Below are positions 1 to 14,880 of a DNA stretch of 64,000 nucleotides, piece after piece; within the stretch, counting starts at the first letter, position 1; every line of letters begins with the position of its first letter. The DNA is from Eledone cirrhosa (taxonomy: Eukaryota): positions 346,332,001-346,396,000 of the forward strand of contig OZ024743.1 of the NCBI GenBank assembly GCA_964016885.1, in the 5' to 3' direction. The notes beneath the pieces were generated by a model. That model ran no database searches, had not been told where the DNA came from, and worked only from the letters and a program-made list of their open reading frames with translations. The translations under genes and the position numbers were made by a program.

Positions 1-5
1 TATAT

Positions 6-173
<168 letters not shown>

Positions 174-187
174 GCATGCATCAATAA

Positions 188-243
<56 letters not shown>

Positions 244-585
244 ACATATATGCATGCATCAATAAGGATATATATGTCTCTAGTGAAATTCAATAAGATG
301 ATGTGATGAAGTTGGCATCAACGCATTCCCTGATATTCCTTCCTACTAGTCATATATATTTTTATTTTTATTAAATATTTCTTGGTGTATTTTACCTTCT
401 TTTTAATACCTATTTCACTTCATTCAACATTTTTAATTACTCGTCATCCATCTATATATACATACCTTTTCTCCCTATACATTGTTACACCCACACGCGT
501 GAAACGTACCCACAACCACACAAATGAACACACACACAAAGCGTAGACATATATATATAATCACATTAATGCATGTATATATATA

Positions 586-636
<51 letters not shown>

Positions 637-870
637 TACATATATAAAAATATAACACTATAATACTATAATTATTCACACTCAGATTCTCTCTAACACA
701 CATCGAAAACATGGATACACACAAAGTCTTACAAATACACACACACACACACACACACGCATATATATATACATATATATTTATATATATATATATTTAT
801 ATATATCTATATATGTTTGTATATATGTTTATATATATATATATTTATATATATATATATATGTATATAC

Positions 871-927
<57 letters not shown>

Positions 928-930
928 CAT

Positions 931-975
<45 letters not shown>

Positions 976-1005
976 TATATATATTTGTATATATATATAT
1001 ATGTT

Positions 1006-1036
<31 letters not shown>

Positions 1037-1755
1037 GTGTGTGTGCGTGTGTGTCTCTTCGTGTGTATGTGTGTGTGACTTTATGTGTATGACTTCTTTA
1101 ATACACATATATATTTATATATTCGATGCCAGGTATATGTATGTTACACCATTGTTCACCTCCCGGTTCCTTTCACACTTTCACTGCGGAATCTTCCAAA
1201 GCTGCGCAATGTTTCAGTTAGTTTTGCGTTCATCTTTTTGTTGTGCCTACCTTTTGTTAACAGCGGAAAGACATGCAACGTTTGCTAGAGGCTATATAAA
1301 TATAAATAAAGGATGACTTCAGTTGTTGTTTCTTTATTATGCCGATGTTTATTGGTTTGTTTGTTTGCCTGTTTATTTCTGTATTGTTGTGTATATGTAT
1401 GTGTGTGTGTTGGTGTGTGTTGGTGTATGTTTGTGTTTTGAGTGAGAGAGAGAAAGAGAAAGAGGAAGTAAGTGCAAGAAAGAGAGATCGAAAGAGAGAG
1501 TAAAAGAGAGAGGAGGGAGAGTTTCCTTGCACTTGTGTGAGCACACATGTGGGTGGTTTCTGCATCTACTAACTTAGTATGAGTGTATATATCTGTCCTT
1601 TTCTATATAATTATATAAACGTGTGTGTCTGTGGTATATTTTATTAGCTAGAATTTTGAAAGTGTTACTTAGCGACATAGAGTTTCTCTTCATACTCTAT
1701 ATGCACAGTTGTAAATACTCAGTTCCTTTCCCTGCTTTTAAAAACCAAATATGCT

Positions 1756-1815
<60 letters not shown>

Positions 1816-1899
1816 TCATCATCATCATCATCGTTTAACGTCTGTCTTCCATGTTAGCATGGGTTTATATATATATGTATATATATATATATATATATG

Positions 1900-2006
<107 letters not shown>

Positions 2007-2442
2007 ATGTATATATATATGTATATACATATATATATATATTTATAAATATATATGTACATATATATTTGAATATATATTTGTTTATCATCATGTATAT
2101 GGCTGCTAGTTTGTATATTGTAGCGTATTCCTTTTTATCTTAACTCAATGATTGTGAATTGAGATGAGTATCTAAATGCGTTTAAGTGGATTTATTGGAA
2201 ACATAGATGGGTAAAGAATGAGTGAGTAAAAGGAGAACATATTTATATAGAGAGAGATTTAGATTTAAATAGATAATTGATATTGATATGTATTTACCTA
2301 CCGTTATCTTTTTATCTACATTTTTTATTTAAATACTCACACACACACACACTAACACACCCATATATCTATGCATATATATATATATATATATTTATTA
2401 TATAAAAGTGTGTTTCTTATATATATATATATGTATATATAT

Positions 2443-2473
<31 letters not shown>

Positions 2474-2670
2474 TATGTATATGTATATATATATGTATAT
2501 ATGTGTACATATATGTCTATATACATATGTGTGTGTATTGTATATACATATATATATATATACATATATGTCTAAATATATATGCGTGTGTGTGTATTGT
2601 ATATACATACATATATATATTTATATATATATATATTATATATATATATGTATATATGTATATATGTATG

Positions 2671-2740
<70 letters not shown>

Positions 2741-3077
2741 GAAATAAATATATATGTGTGTATACAAATAGGCGTTCGCTTAAATTCAGATAGCTATAAT
2801 ATTATTCATTCGTGTGTATATAATTGTATATTTTTGTGTTAAAATGTGTATATATGTAATATATTGTTTAAGTGTGATTGCGTGAATTTCGCAGAGTGAA
2901 GGGAAAAAATATTTAACGTGCAAGTGAAGCAATGTGTTACATAAAATATAAAATAGAAGAGATATAATCAATTTTGTAAATGTTAATCTAGACAGAAGCC
3001 TTAAACTGACAATTTTAAGACGATTTACACTTTTCTTATTAATATGATCACACATATACCTTCATACGCCTCTCTCG

Positions 3078-3133
<56 letters not shown>

Positions 3134-3183
3134 ATATTTATATATATTGTCATACTTTGGGAGGGTCATGCTGCCAATAAACG

Positions 3184-3235
<52 letters not shown>

Positions 3236-3381
3236 TGTGATTGGTGTATACATGATTAGAAACTGTGTGATTAGGTGATTGTGTAATGGAAACATTAATA
3301 TACATCTCTGATTTTGAATATGTTATATATATTATAAATATATATTATGTAGCGATTGTGTTGTTATTTATGTTTACCTTT

Positions 3382-3461
<80 letters not shown>

Positions 3462-3529
3462 ATATATTGAGAAACACACAGATACATGCGGACACATACA
3501 TATACATGAATATATCCACATCCAACCTT

Positions 3530-3879
3530 GAGTTAATGGTGCCAACCTTAACCGATGTTGCTCTATGAATAACTGGGACAACGTGGTATTTTTTTCAGGG
3601 TTATAAGGGGCTTAGCTCTGTTTCTTGACCGTCGTATCACGTGATTGACTCCCCCTCCGCCTTTTGGGATTCTATCTCACATCTTATAGACGTGCTCTTT
3701 GAAGCTAGTAAAATGAGGTATCCTCTTGATAAGTCGGCAGACCTCACAAAAGCTCTATATCTCTATGATGTATTGTTTTTGATTATGCCACGAAACTACG
3801 TAGTCGAGGAATCTAGAAGCAGTTTAGGTATGATACATCTTATTACTAATTATATCTAAATGTTTCTTCGCTCTTCATA

Positions 3880-3880
<1 letters not shown>
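3530..3880 (+). mobile_element. PLE pseudo-LTR-like non-coding module with hammerhead motif
   Basis: Unique island ending at (TA)n; contains complete hammerhead at 3721-3810. Left boundary approximate. Confidence 0.6.
3721..3810 (+). ncRNA. Type I hammerhead ribozyme, U3-A8 variant
   Basis: Stem I TCCTC/GAGGA; core TTGATAA 3726-3732; stem II GT(C)GGCA..TGCCAC; GAAA 3792-3795; palindromic stem III ACTACGTAGT; cleavage triplet GTC 3803-3805. Confidence 0.75.
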
Positions 3881-3971
<91 letters not shown>

Positions 3972-3974
<3 letters not shown>

Positions 3975-4459
3975 TGTATATATAGTGTATTTTGCAATAC
4001 ACTGTATGCTTAATTAAAAGCATTTCAAAGACCTTATGCTATTGTTTTAGAGTAGTGACAGACTCACTTACTTTAATTTCAGCAAACAGGGGGAGATAAA
4101 GCTGACAAGGCCCTGTTTCGCATTTATTGATGCTTATCAAAGCCAACTACTCCTCCTGTTTGCTGAAATCATGGATGTTTGTTTCTTATAGAATTCTAGT
4201 AAATAATCAGGAACTGATTATAAAGAGCCGTTGCCGGTCAAGCAGAAATTGAAAATTAGAATTGGTGCTCTGAAATAGCTATATATATAGGAATGTATAT
4301 ATAGTGTATTTTGCAATACGCTGTATGCTTAATTAAAAGCATTTCGAAGACCTTATGCTATTGTTTTAGAGTAATGACAGGCTCACTTACTTTAATTTCA
4401 GCAAACAGGGGGAGATAAAGCTGACAAGGCCTTGTTTCGCATTTATTGATGCTTATCAA
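3972..4459 (-). mobile_element. Partial-tandem pLTR module (169-bp direct repeats 3972-4140 and 4291-4459) with hammerhead motifs
   Basis: Near-identical direct repeats flanked by (TA)n. Minus strand reads GGCT-TTGATAA-GCAT..ATGC-GAAAC-A(G/A)GGCCTT-GTC-AGCT. Confidence 0.7.
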
Positions 4460-4692
4460 TATATATATATATATATATATATATCAATACGTGATTGAAG
4501 TTGTTTAATATTGGTGTATTTTTCTTTGTTCTTAAACAGGGTGAGATTGAAAAGGAAAAACTAATAATTGGCTTCTCTCTTTTTGTGTTCAATTCCTACT
4601 AGGATCTTTATATGATAGTTGTTGTTAAAATATGTACTTATTAACCACTGTATTTAATTTAATAATCTGTTGACCACATCTCACGAAAGGAA

Positions 4693-4790
4693 ATAATTGT
4701 TTCTACTTTTGGCACAAGGCCAGCAATTACCCAGTGTATTACTGGTACTTTATTTTATCGACCCCATAAGGATGAAAGGCAAAGTTAACA
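4693..4790 (-). mobile_element. tRNA-derived SINE, 3' part
   Basis: Matches the reverse complement of the copy at 15482 (tttgcctttcatcctta.ggggtcgataaaataaagtaccag). Confidence 0.85.
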
Positions 4791-5212
4791 CGCAATAATG
4801 ATTAGGAATTTACCAAATGTCAGAAATCTATAATCCATCCTAAGATATTGCGGTCATAAGCAGAACACTCATGTGCCATCACAGGACTCCATACACAACA
4901 TGGAAAATATTCAGGTTCTGTGAGAAAAGTTGTTGTCGTAGGTTTGGTCCATATAAGCTCAGTATTCTCTGAAAAGAAAAGGATTTTAGTAATTTGAGAA
5001 GGCTTCATGGAAACAGAATTATGTGAACATCAAAAAATCACATTTTCACAAATGTAAACTAACATATTTTAGAACCAAATATATATCTTCTAGATTTTAG
5101 ACCAGACAACTAGAAATACAAATAAAACTTTCGGAATGCAGCTTAAATCTCATCGAAGATTACTAATTTCAATAATGCAATAACTCTTCTCGATTATTTC
5201 CAAGATATTTAC

Positions 5213-5430
5213 ACGGGCGGTGGAAACGCGGTATCGGTAGAGCGTCGGACGCCTTGCTTTGCAGCATAGAGAGACTTCCATTTACGGTCTGAGTTCAAAT
5301 TCTGCCGAGGATAACTTTGCCTTACATCCTTAAGGAGTCGATAAAATAAACCACCAGTAACATACTGGGGTTGTTTTAATCGACTTTCCCGTCCCCACAA
5401 ATTACTGGCTTTCTGCCTATAGTAGAAATC
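5213..5430 (+). mobile_element. tRNA-derived SINE (Meta/MESC-like core)
   Basis: ggcggtgg..gtatcggtagagc head, B-box-like gagttcaaat, shared core and tail with other copies. Confidence 0.85.
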
Positions 5431-5728
5431 GCTATATGTGTATTACTATATATATGTAGGGTTATTTTTGCACACGGTATTATAATTTAAGTGTGAATAT
5501 TTGAATTAAGAAGAGTTTCCCAAATGTCTCTTGTTCTTCATATAAATTGAGATCGATGTTGCTGCTCAACGTCTAAGATCTATAAGCTATCAATATTTTG
5601 GCATTCAATAGGCCATGGCGCCAATATTTTGTGGTCAATACAGACAGCGTATTGTTCAGGAGATGAAGGCTGAGACGGAAATTACGTTTCGTAAGTGAAT
5701 AAAGAATAGACGAAATAAAGAAAGGGAA

Positions 5729-5788
<60 letters not shown>

Positions 5789-5839
5789 TCACTGCATGTA
5801 TGTGTATGTATATATATATATATATACACACATATATAA

Positions 5840-5902
<63 letters not shown>

Positions 5903-5905
5903 TGT

Positions 5906-5997
<92 letters not shown>

Positions 5998-6127
5998 GTA
6001 TGTTCGCGCGGGCGTGTGTTCTTACATATATGTTGTAAGGGAACAAATGGTATGAGATCCCGGAGTTGTCAGGTTTATTGCCTCTGGTTAAGGTCTACTA
6101 TGATAATATTAGAACGGACATAGCAAG

Positions 6128-6192
<65 letters not shown>

Positions 6193-6252
6193 TATGCATG
6201 TATGTATGTATATATGGATGTATGTGTATGTATATATGTACGTACATATGTA

Positions 6253-6315
<63 letters not shown>

Positions 6316-6459
6316 TCATACCTACATACAAACGTAAGTGCATAGACAAAGAAACTTGCGCGAAGAAAAATTGTAGATAAAAGTAACAAAAAGCAATTAA
6401 TAGAATGAATAGAATTATTTGTGAGACAGTATTAGAAATAAATGCAAGGTGTTCGTTTC

Positions 6460-6521
<62 letters not shown>

Positions 6522-6833
6522 TAGGTACACATACATACATATATATATATATACACATACATACATACATATGCGTGTGTGTGTGTGCTTGCAAACATAC
6601 ACAGCAAACATATACACTCGCCCACATAGTCGCACACATACACATACACATATCCGCAACTAGGTTCGTTTTTATTTACGCTATTTACAGTGTATATTTT
6701 GTGTGTTCAATGCGGAATGTGTATTTGTTGGTGTGAATTCTCGTTTCGTGCATGAATAGTGAATAAGGATGCCTCCTTTCTGTCTTGCGTCCGAATTGCT
6801 GTATGTATCTGTCTATTTTTGCTTGATTGTTAG

Positions 6834-6876
<43 letters not shown>

Positions 6877-7489
6877 TATATATATATATGTGTGTATATA
6901 TATATATATACACGCACACACACTTGCGTATATATGTACAGTTTTGATTTTTGTATGTATATGTAGTAGACTAAATCTACACAAAATATTATAGTCACAT
7001 ATCTTTCATCATTAATTTAGTGGTATTTATTATCTCAGATTGCACCTCAGGTAGGAAAACCCCTCTTCACGAAAGATAAATGAACGTTGATTTGGAATTC
7101 ATTTTGAAATAGCTCGATAGTTTTTTTCTCTTCTTATTATCTCTTATAAACAGATTTAAAGAAAATATCGATGACTTCATTTGGTATATATCCAATCTTT
7201 CTATCACTCCATTTTTCAATCATCACTATTTTTTAATACAATCAATTTGCTTTGAAATTAGTTCAAAGTATCTGGTATACACACACATGGCAAATGAATA
7301 TCAGTGTCTCTAGCATTTAGTTTATCTGCACATAGTGTTTAAAACCCATTTGGAGTTAAAATATTTAGAAATGTTTCTTCAATCTAGGCTCTGCGTGTAT
7401 GACTCAAACCTATCTCTGTTGGAACTTTTCGCACCACACTCACAGACACTCGCGATTATATATTCTCTTAGCTTTGTACGGACGTATAA

Positions 7490-7690
7490 TGGTTTCTTTC
7501 TTATATAGGCACAAAGCCAGCGATATTAGGGGAGTGGAAAGTCGATTAAATCGACCCGAGTGCGTGACGGGTACTTTATTTTATCGACCATATAAGGGTG
7601 AAAGGCAAAGTTAAACTCGGCGGGATTTGAACTCAGATCATAAAGGGCCCTAATTCTACGCTGCAAGGAATGGCCTTACGGACGTATAAT
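7490..7690 (-). mobile_element. SINE, same family
   Basis: ttttatcgacc..gaaaggcaaagttaaactcggcgggatttgaactcag. Confidence 0.8.
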
Positions 7691-7869
7691 AACACATACA
7701 CACACACATACGCACGTGCACATGTATAACTCTTTATGAAAGACTATTTTTTTTTCCATTTCGGGTAAACGCGCGCCATCATCCACTTTTTAAGAAAAAA
7801 AAAAATATATATCATACACCCGGCATCAACAGTTTTCCAAGACATGGCAACACGAATGGGTCTGTTATT

Positions 7870-8085
7870 TTTCTCTAAAAACATTTTTTCCAATTACACC
7901 CCACTCGTCCCTTCAATCTTTCTAATTTCTCATTCTTTCTTCTGATGAGAGATTAGCGTCCGAAAGGTTAAGACCCTCTTCCTGCTATTTGAATCGTTAC
8001 AGTATGTATGGAAGGAATATATTAGGATATATGCCTTCCATATACTGTACCGATTGTGTTCTTATTTCTGTTTACCTTTTACATA
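7870..8085 (+). mobile_element. Short hammerhead-bearing repeat (family also at 22200-22320 partial, 37200-37400, 43190-43380 minus)
   Basis: Shared sequence among copies; TCTT-CTGATGA-..-GAAA(C/G)-GTT-AAGA motif. Confidence 0.65.
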
Positions 8086-8101
8086 CAGATATATATATAT
8101 A

Positions 8102-8450
8102 TGTAGTATGGTTGCTAGGATGCGACCATAGGCGGTGTGCCAGTTGAGCAGTCTATACTCCTTCGAAGCGGTGTATGATAATATGGATAACGAAGAATCA
8201 GTGATGCATCAGAACACAATTTATTATGTATTACAATAGGTTTTTCCGGCGAACAGCTCGAGGTGCGATCTGTTTGTGGATCGAACCTGACTCTGGATTC
8301 GCAAGTTCCTCAGATACGTCTAGTGATTTCTAAGCAAATTCTCTTTCTGCTGGACTCCAACCCTTCGAATTTTTATCATCTGCCATCATCCTGGTTGGGC
8401 GGAACTTTGATTGGTTGATAGTTCGCGACGTCATCATAGTGCTTGACCAT
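8102..8450 (-). mobile_element. LTR-like repeat (homologous to 35600-35870)
   Basis: Minus strand shows TGACGTC, CCAATCA, CCGCCC, ATAAAAA and AATAAA in order and ends in ..TACA. Colinear with 35600-35870 in the opposite orientation. Confidence 0.55.
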
Positions 8451-8659
8451 TGAAATCTGCCCACTGGCCATCTCCATTCAGGCGTGAGCTATCACTCACC
8501 CCAATCCCGTCGCCATAAATTACTGCTGTGTGTAGGATAGTTGTTATGAATGCACATGCCTTTCCCTCAGTCGCTTACCTCCCCATACATATACACCCAC
8601 ACCCATTCCGAGCCATTACTCGTACAGTTATGTGTGTGGACATACACAAACACACGCGC

Positions 8660-8890
8660 ATACACACCAGTGAAGGTGCACACTCTCCGCATGGGTACCC
8701 TCGGATGGCCCCAACTAAAGCATACGGGGAAGCAGACGTCAGTCGGAGTGGCGGCATGCGTCCATGAGATCCGACACCATACCTTGATGACTATGTGTGC
8801 CCTGTGGGATAGGTCGACACACACAGTGCTGCACATTTAACTCTGCACCTGTTAGTTACCTGTCTTGTCCATGACACACCATATCGTCAT
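8660..8890 (+). mobile_element. PLE 3'-end fragment related to 32715-32900
   Basis: Shares gaaggtgcacactctccgcatgg, acaccatacc and ctctgcac with the 3' end of the GIY-YIG element at 31745-33060. Confidence 0.6.
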
Positions 8891-8894
8891 TGAA

Positions 8895-9642
8895 AATAGC
8901 TAAATCCCGGATTCAATTCATGTGGTCTAATAGCTAAATCCCGGATTCAATTCATGTGGTCTAATAGCTAAATCCCGGATTCAATTCATGTGGTCTAATA
9001 GCTAAATCCCGGATTCAATTCATGTGGTCTAATAGCTAAATCCCGGATTCAATTCATGTGGTCTAATAGCTAAATCCCGGATTCAATTCATGTGGTCTAA
9101 TAGCTAAATCCCGGATTCAATTCATGTGGTCTAATAGCTAAATCCCGGATTCAATTCATGTGGTCTAATAGCTAAATCCCGGATTCAATTCATGTGGTCT
9201 AATAGCTAAATCCCGGATTCAATTCATGTGGTCTAATAGATAAATCCCGGATTCAATTCATGTGGTCTAATAGCTAAATCCCGGATTCAATTCATGTGGT
9301 CTAATAGCTAAATCCCGGATTCAATTCATGTGGTCTAATAGCTAAATCCCGGATTCAATTCATGTGGTCTAATAGCTAAATCCCGGATTCAATTCATGTG
9401 GTCTAATAGCTAAATCCCGGATTCAATTCATGTGGTCTAATAGCTAAATCCCGGATTCAATTCATGTGGTCTAATAGCTAAATCCCGGATTCAATTCATG
9501 TGGTCTAATAGCTAAATCCCGGATTCAATTTATGTGGTCTAATAGCTAAATCCCGGATTCAATTCATGTGGTCTAATAGCTAAATCCCGGATTCAATTCA
9601 TGTGGTCTAATAGCTAAATCCCGGATTCAATTCATGTGGTCT
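8895..9642. repeat. 34-bp minisatellite, 22 copies (aatagctaaatcccggattcaattcatgtggtct)
   Basis: Period 34 counted directly; only two substitutions seen (about 9240 and 9531). Confidence 0.97.
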
Positions 9643-11080
9643 AGCGAATAATTAGATTAAAGGCCTCATGTGGTTCACATCCCCGCTTTCTTCTCACTGA
9701 ATTCAGGTACTGCGTTAGACAACGTTTAGAAATCAATATTTCAGTCTATTGCTTTCTGAGTTCAAATCCGATTGTGTCTATTTTACTTGTGAGGGTATAT
9801 GTCACTCGGGTTAATATCATTACCTCGTACTTGGATACGTTTAGCTAAGTCCATTATGTTAAAAGCATTGTTTCTGTTTGGGGATACCTTCCTTTCACAT
9901 ACCAGTTCCGGAGGTCTTCCATAAAATTATAAAGCATGTAAAACTAAATTAGAGTAAAAACAATGACAAATTGACAGAATAGAAAGAGTAAATAAGTCAA
10001 AGTATGTGAAAATAAAAGTTGAGGGACAACATGATGAGGAGTGAGAGGGAAAAAAGAAAGAATGGCTTGATTAGAGTGAATGGAAAGAGAGACAGATGTA
10101 GGGAGCCAACACAAAATAACGGGTAAAAGAAAAATGAATTGAGTTGTGATCAAGAGAAGTTTAAGGAAAGGCGGCTCAGCGTGATAGGGAGAAGGAGTGA
10201 CAATGAGTGAGAATATCACAGAATATAAAAGAAGATAAGTAGTATGTTTTTGTGATTTGGGATGGAAAGGATAAATGATAAACAAAAAAAAAACGGGAGG
10301 GCATAGAGAATGTAAGATGAAAGATAGAGAGAAAGAGACAGTAATAGAAAGAGAATTAGAGAGATGGGGAAAGAAAGAGATAAAGTTATAATTAGAGCAT
10401 TGTTAATTAGTGAGTTGTATGTTGTCTGTTGGAACCAACATATCAAGAAATGTAAATCAAAGATAGAACAGGATGATGAGAGAGAAAGAAGGGGAGATAC
10501 ATATGGCATAACAAAGAGGGAGAGAGTTATATGAAAAAAAAACAAAGAGCGCAAAGGAGGGGGGAAAAGTAAAGTGCTAATATATGGTGGGTTTAGTGAG
10601 AAAGAACATATCAATGGCAGTTGAAGTCCGACTTTACTATAAATAACTAACAGATATGATTTGCAGCCAATAAGTGACTAGTGAGTATTATTTAAGAAGC
10701 TGATTTAGTAGGGTACTCACCGACATAACTGTACATCCTGCTCCCACACATATCGAACATAGAGAGCTAATCAGTTTAAAATGAAACTGAAAGTGAAACT
10801 AGATTGACAGCTTTCCTGATTAAATTCAAAGAAGAAATCAAAATATTTGAATATAGAGTGACGTCACAAATCTACTTGTATTGTCTATATGCACAGTTAC
10901 TTAAAATAACGCGATAAGTATGTGTTTATACATGAGTAGATATATGAGTTGTCACTCACACACAGACATGCATATATATATATATATACATGTTAATATA
11001 TATATATATATATATATATACACGCATTTCTATAATATATATGTATGTAGGCATATATATGTGTATATATATGTAAATGC

Positions 11081-11124
<44 letters not shown>

Positions 11125-11309
11125 GTTTATGTATATATGTGTATGTATATTTGTGTATATACATACATTCACTAACGCACACGTATATGAATTTATATAT
11201 AGGTGTATATATCTATCTATATATAAGAATAGATATTAAAATGCTTATGCATATATAATTGTTTCATGTATGTATTTATAAGTAAGTATGCATGTATATA
11301 TCTATATAT

Positions 11310-11359
<50 letters not shown>

Positions 11360-11528
11360 GCTTGTTTGTATATGTGCGTGTTAGTTAACCACGTATATAT
11401 ATATTAGTATATTATTATATATCTAGATCATTTACATATATACACAAGTGTTTATAAAAATACAACTATGGATACATGCATATAAGTATGTAAATATGTA
11501 TATATGCAGGTTTCTCTCTCTCCCTCTC

Positions 11529-11566
<38 letters not shown>

Positions 11567-11601
11567 GCTCTCTTTCTCTCTCTCTCTCTCTCTCTCTGTG
11601 G

Positions 11602-11690
<89 letters not shown>

Positions 11691-12034
11691 GGTGTGTGTG
11701 TGTGTGTGTTTATGTGTGTGTGTGTGTGTGTTTATGTGTGTGTGTGTGTCTGCATCGAGTTTGTATGTGTGTGTTCATGTGTCAGCGTGTGTTTGTGTAT
11801 CTACGTATGTATGTGAAGTTATGTCAAGGCTTTGTTTGTTGAAAGGATTTTCGAGCGGATCTTAAGCCAGAATGTAACAGGTGGGTGTCAGGGTAGAAGT
11901 AGAAGTAAAGGGGCCGGGAGTAAGGTCGATAAGAACGAAAATAAAAACAATAGTGATGTATTTAACACTTTGTGGAATGACGTAAGTGCAGGAAAGAATG
12001 AAAGGCAAGAGCAGTGAGCAGTGTACAATAATAA

Positions 12035-12065
<31 letters not shown>

Positions 12066-12067
12066 CG

Positions 12068-12099
<32 letters not shown>

Positions 12100-12123
12100 A
12101 GTAAATATATATATATATATATG

Positions 12124-12246
<123 letters not shown>

Positions 12247-12248
12247 TT

Positions 12249-12314
<66 letters not shown>

Positions 12315-12316
12315 TT

Positions 12317-12376
<60 letters not shown>

Positions 12377-12568
12377 GCATACATATATATATATATACAT
12401 GCATATATATATATATATATATATATATGCATACATAATATATATGATAGAGTAAGATGAAGAGGAATGGAGACAAAGAAAAGAGACTTTGAAAGAAAAT
12501 TAATGTAGTTTATTTGATAGTAAGATAAATAGACATGCAGATAGATAGATTAATAGATAGATAGATTA

Positions 12569-12640
<72 letters not shown>

Positions 12641-12644
<4 letters not shown>

Positions 12645-13563
12645 ATTTCTATTTATTGCCACGAGGGCACAAAAGAAGGGGACAAATACACAAAAGAACG
12701 AGTAAAAAACAAATAACAAATATACAATTAACAATAAAGTCCTCAATAGGGAGGAGGTGTTTGGGGAGTCACACACACCCCAGAAAACGTGTGCAACCCT
12801 TCTCCTCAGGAGCACAGAGAGAGGGTGTTCCCTTGTTCTACCATCTTCTTCACCTACAGGCTGATATAGAGAGAAGGCCCATTCACACGGGCCATTCTCG
12901 CCATTTTCATCCACCTTTCATAAAACTGGCTGGGGTGGAGCCCCTTTCTCTCCATCCTGATCCTACTTCCGAAATGAGACCCGAAAGAAAATGACCAGTT
13001 GTGGCCGGAGAGAAAGGTGCCCGACCTCAGCCCTTTCAAACGCGTCCACCATACAACCTCTTTAACCATGGCTATTACGCACAGAAACACCGCCTCTCTT
13101 TCATTTTTGAAGGGGGAGGGGGGGGGGGCTTGATCGTTATAATGGACTCGGTGGTCAACCGGAGAGGTTCCACCCGTGACAGCAGTCATTCGACATAGCC
13201 CCACAGATCGGCGACGCCCGGGCAGTGTACCAATGCATGCGCGACGGTTTCCTCGTCGCGCACGCATCTGGGACAGATCTTTTTCGAGGGGTCCTACCCG
13301 AGCGCCCGTATCTGTAGAGCTTTTCTCGAACGGGCAGAGCCCCTAGGTAGCACTGCCAGGCCAGGGACCTCTGGAAGTTGTCCATAGGTCACGGGCTAAA
13401 TTTCCTCCCGAACAGGCTGGCTCCATGTCTAGGACTTCTCCGAGGGCGTCGTCGCACCTGCTGCGCATCAGTCCTCTATAGAATGTCGAGGTGGAGTCTC
13501 CACTGATAGAGGGGTTTGCCTGCCAGAGAGCCGTGAGCACCTGGGCACAGTCGGTGTGCCAGG
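12641..13563 (-). mobile_element. Tx1/L1-clade LINE 3' fragment with (TATC)n tail
   Basis: Frameshifted ORF2 C-terminus (FQRSLAWQCYLGALPVREKLY..C..C..ET..H..HCP, CCHC zinc knuckle); AATAAA then (TCTA)n. Confidence 0.8.
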
Positions 13564-13576
13564 CGATAGATATATC

Positions 13577-13610
<34 letters not shown>

Positions 13611-13611
<1 letters not shown>

Positions 13612-14392
13612 TTCTTTATTAGCCACAGGGGCACAAAACAAGGGGACAAATACAAAGGGGGAAGTTTACATACAATAAAAACGTGTAAAATATTATCACA
13701 AACACAATTTAAAAAATTAGTCGATTTTCCCCAATAGGGGGAGACAGTTCATATGGGTAACACATACCCCCGAAAAAATGTGCAACGCTCATCTCCAGGA
13801 GTACGAATAGTTTGTACTCCTTTCCTCTCCTCCTCTTTTTCCTCAACCTACAGGCTGATATAGAGAGAAGGCCCATTCACTCGGGCCAATCTCGCCACTT
13901 TCACCCACCTTTCATAAAACTTGCTGGGGTACAGCACCTCACTCTCTATCCTGATTCTTCTTCCAAAGTGGTATTTGAAAAAAAGAATCAGGTGTCTGAC
14001 CTCAGCCCTTTCAACCTAGTCCACCATACAACCTCTTTCGCCATAGCTATCACACAAAGGAAAACCGCCTCTCCTTCGTTTTTGAAGGAGGATGGCGGTT
14101 TGATCATGACAATGGACTCGGTGGTCTACCGGATTGGTCCCACCCGCGACAATAGTCGTTCTACATAGCACCGCAGGTCGGTGACGCCCGGGCAGTGTAT
14201 GTATGCGTGCGCGACGGTTTCTTCGTCTCGCACGCACCTCGGATAGGTCTTTTTTGCAGGGTCCCTGCTCGGGCGCCCATGTCTGTAGAGCTTGTCTCGA
14301 AATGGTAGAGCTCCTCGGTAGCACTGCCTGGCCAGGGACTTTTGGAAGTTGTCCATCGTCCCGGGCGGAAGGTCCTACCGAACAGACTGGCC
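13611..14392 (-). mobile_element. Second Tx1/L1-clade LINE 3' fragment with (TATC)n tail
   Basis: ORF 14126-14356 YPRCVRDEETVAHAYIHCP; colinear diverged paralog of 12641-13563; GATA repeats on both sides. Confidence 0.8.
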
Positions 14393-14767
14393 AGTTCATC
14401 TTCCTCTACGCATAGAGTTTCATAAGATAGATAGAAATGTATATAGTCAGATAGACAGGTAGACAGGTATATAGGCAGAGAAATTAATTGAGAGAGAGCG
14501 AGAGGACGAGATTGAAAAAAGGGGTATTAAATCTTAAAGACTGTTCTAACAGATTCTATTTAGATATATGTACATGGATATAGACATAACATACAAATGC
14601 AATCATACACTGTGACTTATACGATCATATTAAAATACACACATCTATAATAATGTGTTTTCTTACTGTCAATGTCTTGTAATTTATGAATACACGCACA
14701 CAATTTGTTTGAAATAATACAGTGTATTACAGTGAGTTAATATTTAGGGTAGTAGAGTGGGTAATAG

Positions 14768-14880
14768 GAGAAAGTATGACCCCGACGGCAGAGCTCAGCC
14801 GTTTCGACGGCTATTTCTGGACTATTTAGTCCAGAAATAGCCGTCGAAACGGCTTGAGCTCTGACGTCGGGGTCATACTT

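Noticed and set aside
8895-9642. CRISPR-like array
   Set aside because: Units are contiguous with no unique spacers, there are no cas genes, and the context is eukaryotic.
8102-9679. Single intact solo LTR (TG..CA)
   Set aside because: No target-site duplication is visible, and the interior contains PLE-related sequence and a minisatellite.
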